Source of the DNA: Planctomycetota bacterium
GTDB taxonomy: Bacteria > Planctomycetota > SZUA-567 > H5-PLA8
Direction: 5' to 3'
DNA: 64,000 nt
NCBI GenBank assembly: GCA_038227875.1
Contig: JBBRPR010000011.1
Location: 126,402-190,401, forward strand
The notes under the pieces are model-generated. The model was not told where the DNA came from and made no database searches. It was given only the letters and a program-made list of their open reading frames with translations. Made by a program: the position numbers and the translations under genes. Shown here in pieces: positions 58,483-64,000 of this stretch (position 1 is the stretch's first letter; every line of letters starts with the position of its first letter).

Positions 58483-58572
58483 ACTGCACACCTCACAATT
58501 TTAATCTACGCATCCCGGATTATTCGATCAGGACAGTCGTTGGCCGAACGGCCGCGTGGCGTATCACGATTC

Positions 58573-58588
58573 GCGATTGGGATGCCAA
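58573..58588 (-). promoter_or_regulatory. Sigma54-like promoter of the DUF6600-like gene
   Basis: Minus strand TTGGCATCCCAATCGC (GG-N10-GC), within the palindrome GCGATTGG-GATG-CCAATCGC. Confidence 0.5.
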
Positions 58589-58753
58589 TCGCCGCCCCGC
58601 TCCGCTGCGACGCATACGCAACGGCGCAAAGCTATATGGGAACGGCACGTAGCGTCGCTACAGTCTGTGCGCGATGGCGTTAGGGAACGAAATTCCGCGT
58701 GCGAGGCACGACCGATATTCGGAGTGCGTCAAACGGAATTGAGGGGGATCGCG

Positions 58754-61330
58754 CTACTTATGTGGGACGGCGGCGTCTTTTTTGAAGACCTTGTCGTCCT
58801 TGTCGCCGCCGGAAATCAAAAACGCCATCAGATCGAGAATTTCGTCCTGCGTGTAGCAGGTCAGCAGGCCTTCCGGCATCACGGAGACGATCGACTTCTT
58901 GATGGATTCCACGTCATTCTTATCAACACCGATGCTCTTGCCCGGTTCCATGGGGTCGGGCGCAAATTCGTATTTGCCGTTGGTCTCGCTCATCACGCGA
59001 CCGTAAAGCTTCCGGCCGTCCTTCATCTTCAGCGTCCTGGCGGAATACTGATCGCTGATCACTTTGTTGGGCTCGATGATCGACTCGAGAATCGCTTTGA
59101 TATTGAAGCGTGCGCTCACCGACGTCAGATCCGGCCCGATCTCCGAACCTTCGCCGTTGAAATAGTGGCAGCGGATGCACGACGATTCAATGTAGACATG
59201 CCGTCCCTTCTCGTAATCACGCCCCTTGAGATTGGCCGTCACCACCGGCGTGAGTTCCGCCACGGTCCATTGCTTCACCAACCGGCGCACCGGCGGCACA
59301 GTTGGCGCCTGCTCCTGAAACACCTTCTCCCATTTCGCGCGCTCAATTGACGCCGACGCGGCGATCGTGGCCTGTTTCAACTCCTTCACGATATCCTGAA
59401 CTTCGCGGCCGCCGACGTATCCGTTGGCAGCCGTCAGCCACGCCACATACTTCTCGCGCTGCGTGAAGTTCATCGACTTCAGCAATCCGCTCAGCGCATA
59501 ACCGAGCTGCAGCTGTTCTTCCTGCGTTTTTGTGGAGCGCAGCAGCGGCAGCGTTTTGTCGACAACGTCGTCCGCCTGCAGAAACACCAGCAGTCTGTTC
59601 AGCTCCCGATCGACCAGGTCCACGCCCGACGGATAATGCGCGTTCAAACTCTGCGCCAGTTTCGCTTCGTCTGTCCGTTCCAGCTTGCCCATGCGAATAA
59701 AGACGAGCTGATAGGCACGCAGCAATTCCACGCGCTGAGCTTCAGAAAGCGACTTCCAGTCGAGCGCATTCAGCAACGTCATCAGCCGCGGTTTGAACGC
59801 TTTGTCGCCGCAGCGCGCCAGCGCCACCGACGCGGTCAATGTGGTCTGAGCTTCATTTTTGCCGAACACGCGTTCGCTCCACGTTTTCGGATCCTGGTGC
59901 TCCAACGCCACGCGCGCCGCGAAACGAATGCTCGCATCCGTGTCGTCGAGGTGCGCCCACGCCGTCTCCACGGCCGTCGGCGCGGCGGCCCCATGCAGCG
60001 CTTCCAGCGACTGCCGCAACGCACGCGCTGTCTTCGCAGCTTCATCCACGGCAGCCGCAACGGGAGCCGTGTCTTCGGTGCCCACGTACGTCACGCGAAA
60101 GAGCGCCGATTGGATGCTGCGTCCGCCGATCAGAAAATAAAGCGCGCCATCCTGGCCGACGATGGCATCGGTGAACGCCAGCGGCCTGCCGCGCATGAAC
60201 AATTCCACGCTGCCGGTGTAAGACGCGCCGGAATTCTGCAGATGGACCGCGTAGATCTTTCCGTACCCCCAATCGAGAGCGAAGAGCGCCCGCTGATACT
60301 TCGCCGGAAATTTCGCGCCCGTGCCGAAGACAATGCCGCTGGGGCCTCCGTTGGGTAGATCGACGACCGCCGACGATCCATCGGGAAAATACGGCGGCCA
60401 TTTGTAGACCGTGCTGCGCCAGCCGAAGTCGCCGCCGCTGACGACGTGACAGATGCGCGGCGCGCGATACCACGGCATCCCGATCTGCCATTCGTCATTG
60501 CCGTCGGACGTAAACAGTTCGCCGTCAGGATTGAACGCCAGCCGGTAGTGATTGCGAAATCCCGCGCAATAGATTTCCCAGTTCTTGCCGTCCTTGTCCG
60601 TGCGACAGACCCAGCCGCCGGGAACCGCGCCATTCTTGGAATGCCAATCCTGGCTCTGCGCTTCCAGCGCCAGCAGTTGATCGCCGCCCCAGTTCTTCGG
60701 CACGTGCGAACTCTGCCACTTCGGCAGACCGCTGTCGTTGCCGCCACACACGTACAGAAATCCATCCGGCCCCAGCGTGACGTTGTGGGGTCCGTGCTCG
60801 CCGCTTCCCGGGATCGCCGCGAGCAGCTCTGCCGTATCCAGCGTGTCGTTGCCGGCCGCCGAACGCAGCCGGTACAACCCGCTGCCGAGGCCCGCGTCGC
60901 CGTTCACCAGAACATAAAGACTGTCGAACGCCCAGAGCAGCCCCTGCGCCGCGCCGATGGGTTTGCCCGCAGGCTTGCCGTCCGTGCCGTTGACCGAGAC
61001 GCTGATCGGCTCCACCAACGGCGTCTTGCCTTGAAGCGTGACGCGATACAACAGGCCGCTCTGATCGGCGGTGATGAATCGACCCTTATTGTCCTGCGTC
61101 AGGCTGATCCACGAGCCCTGCTGTTCGGTGACGCTGAGAACCTTCTCGACCTTGAAACCTTGCGGCACGAAAATGTCGGAGTCTTCAGCGCCGTCCACTT
61201 CGGTGTGAAGGAGGAGTGGTTGTTCAGAAGCACCCGCGTTAACGCAGCCGACCAGAACAAAAAGAAGTGCGGCCACTGCGCCGCAATACCGCATCCGCAA
61301 CATCAAGACGTCATTCCTTTCAGCCAGCAC
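58754..61330 (-). CDS. PVC-type heme-c protein: sugar-dehydrogenase-like beta-propeller, HEAT repeats and cytochrome c domain
   Basis: GEHGPHNVTLGPDG, GFRNHYRLAFNPDGELF; HEAT region; CIRCH..GPDL..ILESIIEP..SVMPEGL. Confidence 0.88.
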   Translation of the reverse strand: MLAERNDVLMLRMRYCGAVAALLFVLVGCVNAGASEQPLLLHTEVDGAEDSDIFVPQGFKVEKVLSVTEQQGSWISLTQDNKGRFITADQSGLLYRVTLQGKTPLVEPISVSVNGTDGKPAGKPIGAAQGLLWAFDSLYVLVNGDAGLGSGLYRLRSAAGNDTLDTAELLAAIPGSGEHGPHNVTLGPDGFLYVCGGNDSGLPKWQSSHVPKNWGGDQLLALEAQSQDWHSKNGAVPGGWVCRTDKDGKNWEIYCAGFRNHYRLAFNPDGELFTSDGNDEWQIGMPWYRAPRICHVVSGGDFGWRSTVYKWPPYFPDGSSAVVDLPNGGPSGIVFGTGAKFPAKYQRALFALDWGYGKIYAVHLQNSGASYTGSVELFMRGRPLAFTDAIVGQDGALYFLIGGRSIQSALFRVTYVGTEDTAPVAAAVDEAAKTARALRQSLEALHGAAAPTAVETAWAHLDDTDASIRFAARVALEHQDPKTWSERVFGKNEAQTTLTASVALARCGDKAFKPRLMTLLNALDWKSLSEAQRVELLRAYQLVFIRMGKLERTDEAKLAQSLNAHYPSGVDLVDRELNRLLVFLQADDVVDKTLPLLRSTKTQEEQLQLGYALSGLLKSMNFTQREKYVAWLTAANGYVGGREVQDIVKELKQATIAASASIERAKWEKVFQEQAPTVPPVRRLVKQWTVAELTPVVTANLKGRDYEKGRHVYIESSCIRCHYFNGEGSEIGPDLTSVSARFNIKAILESIIEPNKVISDQYSARTLKMKDGRKLYGRVMSETNGKYEFAPDPMEPGKSIGVDKNDVESIKKSIVSVMPEGLLTCYTQDEILDLMAFLISGGDKDDKVFKKDAAVPHK

Positions 61331-61339
61331 CTTCCAAAA

Positions 61340-62041
61340 CTATTGCGCTTTGAACGAATATTCCACGGAGGAATCCTCACCAGCCTTGATCACTACTTCC
61401 CGGGTCTGTTCACCCAGTGTCTCATGCCAGGCCGTCAGCTTGTACGTCCCGGCGGGAATCTTGTCGATCTTGAACGTCCCGTCTTCGCCCGTCACCGCGA
61501 AGTAGGGATTGGTCGCCACCACAACCCAGCACCGCATCCACGGGTGCATCTCACAGCGAATCAACAGCCGCTCGGGTTCCGGAAACTGCAGCACGGCGTC
61601 CGACCGCGGCTCGACAACGTTGTTGCATTCCGGATTCAGTTCGCTGCGACAGCGGACGTTATGGTGGCAATCGTCGCTGTTGGTGACTTTAAATTCCGCG
61701 CCCGGCGCAACGACCATCACGTGCGGCACAAACATGCAGGCTTTCTGGTCGAGCACCGGATTCTCTTTGGGAAAGGCCTTACCCTTCGTGATCCCCACCA
61801 GCGTGACCACCGCGTTCACCAGGACCTGCTTGTCCTTGACCTTGGCTACGATCACTTCCTCTTCCAGGACGTTGGCGTTGAACATCGTCCTCAGCACATC
61901 AATGGGCTTCCGCTCGGGCGGAGTACCCTGAAACAACACCGTGCCCGAGACCGAGCCGCCCTTCTCCACCGGCGCCTCGTCGTACGCGCGAGCCACTCCC
62001 GTCAGCAGGACCAGAAGCGCCAACGCTCGAACGTTCTTCAT
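61340..62041 (-). CDS. Exported carboxypeptidase-regulatory-like/cupredoxin-like protein, paralog 2
   Basis: GSVSGTV, LDQKACMFVPHV, HNV, CEMHPWM, YFAVTGEDGTFKID..GTYKLTAWHE; GGAGG RBS. Confidence 0.85.
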   Translation of the reverse strand: MKNVRALALLVLLTGVARAYDEAPVEKGGSVSGTVLFQGTPPERKPIDVLRTMFNANVLEEEVIVAKVKDKQVLVNAVVTLVGITKGKAFPKENPVLDQKACMFVPHVMVVAPGAEFKVTNSDDCHHNVRCRSELNPECNNVVEPRSDAVLQFPEPERLLIRCEMHPWMRCWVVVATNPYFAVTGEDGTFKIDKIPAGTYKLTAWHETLGEQTREVVIKAGEDSSVEYSFKAQ

Positions 62042-62074
62042 CGGCCGTCCTCCGCACATTTTTTTCGTCAGCTC

Positions 62075-62108
62075 AAAAAATCGGCCGCAAAGTTCGCGGC
62101 AGATTTTC
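62075..62108. terminator. Intergenic stem-loop between the two paralogs
   Basis: AAAAAATCGGCCGC..GCGGCAGATTTT; T-tract on the minus strand. Confidence 0.45.
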
Positions 62109-62128
62109 CGGCCCGTGCGCGCTGAACT

Positions 62129-62845
62129 TTACTTCGCCTTGAAAGAATATTCGACCGTTGAGTCTGCGCCAGCTTTGATCACAACTTCCTTGGTCTGTTC
62201 GCCCAGCGTTTCGTGCCACACTGTCAGCTTGTACGTCCCTGCCGGAATCGCGTCGATTTTGAACGTGCCGTCTTCACCCGTAATCGCGAAGTACGGGTTC
62301 TCAACAATCACGAACCAGGATTTCATCCACGGATGCATGTCGCAGCGGACCGGGATGCGTTCGGGCTCCAAAAATTGCGACGTCATCTTGGCCTTTGGCG
62401 ACATGGACTTGTTGCTTTCCGGATTCAATTCACCGTGCGTGTGAACGTTGTGGTTGCAATCGTCGCTATTCAGAATTTTCAGATCCATGCCCACCGGCAC
62501 AACCACCACATGCGGCTTGAAAATACATCCGGTCTGATCCAGCACCGGCGGCTCTTTCGAGAACGCCTTGCCCTTCGTGATGCCCACCAGCGTGACCACC
62601 GCATTCACCAGCACCTGCTTGTCCTTGGCCTTGGCTACGATCACGTCTTCCGTGAGCGCGTTGGGATTGTCGCACATCGATTTCAGAATCTCGATCTTCT
62701 TCCGTTCCGGTGCCGTACCTTCGAAAGCCACCACACCGGACACCGAACCACCCTTCTCAACCGCGGCCTCCTCATACGCCCCCGCCGTTCCGATCCACAA
62801 AACCGACAGCACCATGCCCAAACTAAAACGCACAACGAATTTCAT
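62129..62845 (-). CDS. Exported carboxypeptidase-regulatory-like/cupredoxin-like protein, paralog 1
   Basis: GSVSGVV, LDQTGCIFKPHV, HNVH, CDMHPWM; GGAGGAGG RBS. Confidence 0.85.
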   Translation of the reverse strand: MKFVVRFSLGMVLSVLWIGTAGAYEEAAVEKGGSVSGVVAFEGTAPERKKIEILKSMCDNPNALTEDVIVAKAKDKQVLVNAVVTLVGITKGKAFSKEPPVLDQTGCIFKPHVVVVPVGMDLKILNSDDCNHNVHTHGELNPESNKSMSPKAKMTSQFLEPERIPVRCDMHPWMKSWFVIVENPYFAITGEDGTFKIDAIPAGTYKLTVWHETLGEQTKEVVIKAGADSTVEYSFKAK

Positions 62846-62887
62846 ACACCCTCCTCCATACATGAGACCCTGTGAGTGAAGCTCAGC

Positions 62888-62903
62888 GCATAGTCCATGC
62901 CAC
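62888..62903 (-). promoter_or_regulatory. Sigma54 (-24/-12) promoter of the cupredoxin/heme operon
   Basis: Minus strand GTGGCATGGACTATGC (GG-N10-GC), ~43 bp above the ATG at 62845. Confidence 0.65.
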
Positions 62904-63095
62904 TCCCGACATTTCCCCACCAGTCCCCATCTATTGGAGAATTGGAGCAGCTGATTCGATCCGCATGCCTATCTTTCCTGCCTGCGGAAAACTTCTTCCC
63001 ACAACTGAGAAACGCCCATCCGCGACAGCGACCGCGCAGGATAGAAAATGACGCCTGCGCTACTTAGACTTCGCATTCCCGGTTAAAGAAGAGCC

Positions 63096-63587
63096 ATGAT
63101 TTTTTGCACCGACGTCGGCTACCGCACCGACTACGCCTTGGCCGCCGGCGTCCTGTTCACCGCCTGGACCGTCGCCAAGCCCGACCTCGAACACACCGTC
63201 AAAGTCAGCCCCATTGCCGACTACGTCTCCGGCGAATTCTACCGCCGCGAGCTCCCCTGCCTCTTGAAGCTCATCGAATCCGTGAACACACCCATTACCA
63301 CGCTCGTGATCGACGGCTTCGTCTGGCTGGAGGAAGGAACGCGCAAAGGTCTCGGCGCGCATCTCCACGACGCCCTGAACGCCCGCATTCCCATCATCGG
63401 CGTCGCCAAAACCCCCTACCGCTCGGCCCGAGCCACCGAAGTGCGCCGCGGCAAAAGCGCCACGCCGCTCTACGTCACGAGCGCCGGCATCGACCCCCAG
63501 ATCGCCGCCGACCACATCCAATCCATGCACGGCCCCAACCGCATCCCCACCCTGATCAAGCGCGCCGATTTCCTCTCACGCCAATAA
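63096..63587 (+). CDS. nfi: Endonuclease V (short form)
   Basis: TDVGY, YVSGEFYRRELP, VIDGF, GLGAHL, IGVAKT, PLYVT, RIPTLIKRAD. Confidence 0.9.
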   Translation: MIFCTDVGYRTDYALAAGVLFTAWTVAKPDLEHTVKVSPIADYVSGEFYRRELPCLLKLIESVNTPITTLVIDGFVWLEEGTRKGLGAHLHDALNARIPIIGVAKTPYRSARATEVRRGKSATPLYVTSAGIDPQIAADHIQSMHGPNRIPTLIKRADFLSRQ

Positions 63588-63730
63588 GGCGGCCGTTGAG
63601 ACGAATGCGAGAGAGACATCGCGTTTGCAATTTCGATCGCAGCAGTGTGCCACTGGTGGCTAGCCGTTAAGCCACCCGTGCCGCCCCCGCAACTAAAAGT
63701 ATGCTGGTTCGTGAAGCATTGAATACGCGG

Positions 63731-63834
63731 GTTGCAGTAGCCGTTGCCGTTGCAGTTGCAGTTGCCGTTGCAGTTGCCGTTGCAGTTGCCGTTGCAGTTG
63801 CCGTTGCAGTTGCAGTTGCCGTTCAAGCCGTTGC
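63731..63834. repeat. Hexamer tandem array (GTTGC[AC])n, about 15 units
   Basis: Directly visible GTTGCCGTTGCAGTTGCA... in intergenic DNA after nfi. Confidence 0.9.
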
Positions 63835-64000
63835 TTGCCACCACATTCAAGTGGTGGTTGCCGTGTAAAGCAACGGCGTATCTAACACGAAAAACGGCGT
63901 TACCAAGCTCCCACAGAACCCCCCTAGGTTGTGTGGGAGGGCAGTAGCGCGGCGTTATTCGCCAAAACAGGCCAATTTAATACCCCAATCCGACGCAAAA

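Noticed and set aside
63470..63947. NGNC-repeat or LQLP-repeat proteins
   Set aside because: Translations of the hexamer array; no RBS support, and one overlaps nfi antisense.

Overview
GC-rich bacterial chromosomal window, probably Planctomycetota/PVC (inferred from a PVC-type heme-c CxxCH protein, a membrane-anchored HTH protein and the ffs-dnaX-ybaB-recR-rpoN gene order). It is mostly core and housekeeping DNA: M16 peptidase, ribD, a GldA/F/G-like ABC module, ftsK, SRP RNA, dnaX-ybaB-recR-rpoN, moeA, a YgiQ-family radical SAM gene, dedA, two pilT paralogs, emrAB, dps and nfi. Two genes are missing from the ORF track: rpmH (L34) at 40516-40653 and a partial Gfo/Idh/MocA gene at 1-183. I saw no tRNA, rRNA, CRISPR array, transposase or integrase. 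The most notable signals are: (i) an accessory-looking block at 51.6-62.9 kb with three sigma54-type promoters, one of which leads an operon of two amicyanin-loop cupredoxin-like paralogs plus a beta-propeller/HEAT/cytochrome-c protein; (ii) long palindromic elements with heptamer-repeat arms that share ACGG...CTGT termini; (iii) a ~170-200 nt 6S-like structured RNA between ftsK and ffs; (iv) a PilT with an MshEN-like N-terminus and six [IV]Q[RK]IGP repeats; (v) two apparent pseudo-enzymes and an MCP with paired insertions. All family assignments come from motif recognition by eye, not from database searches.
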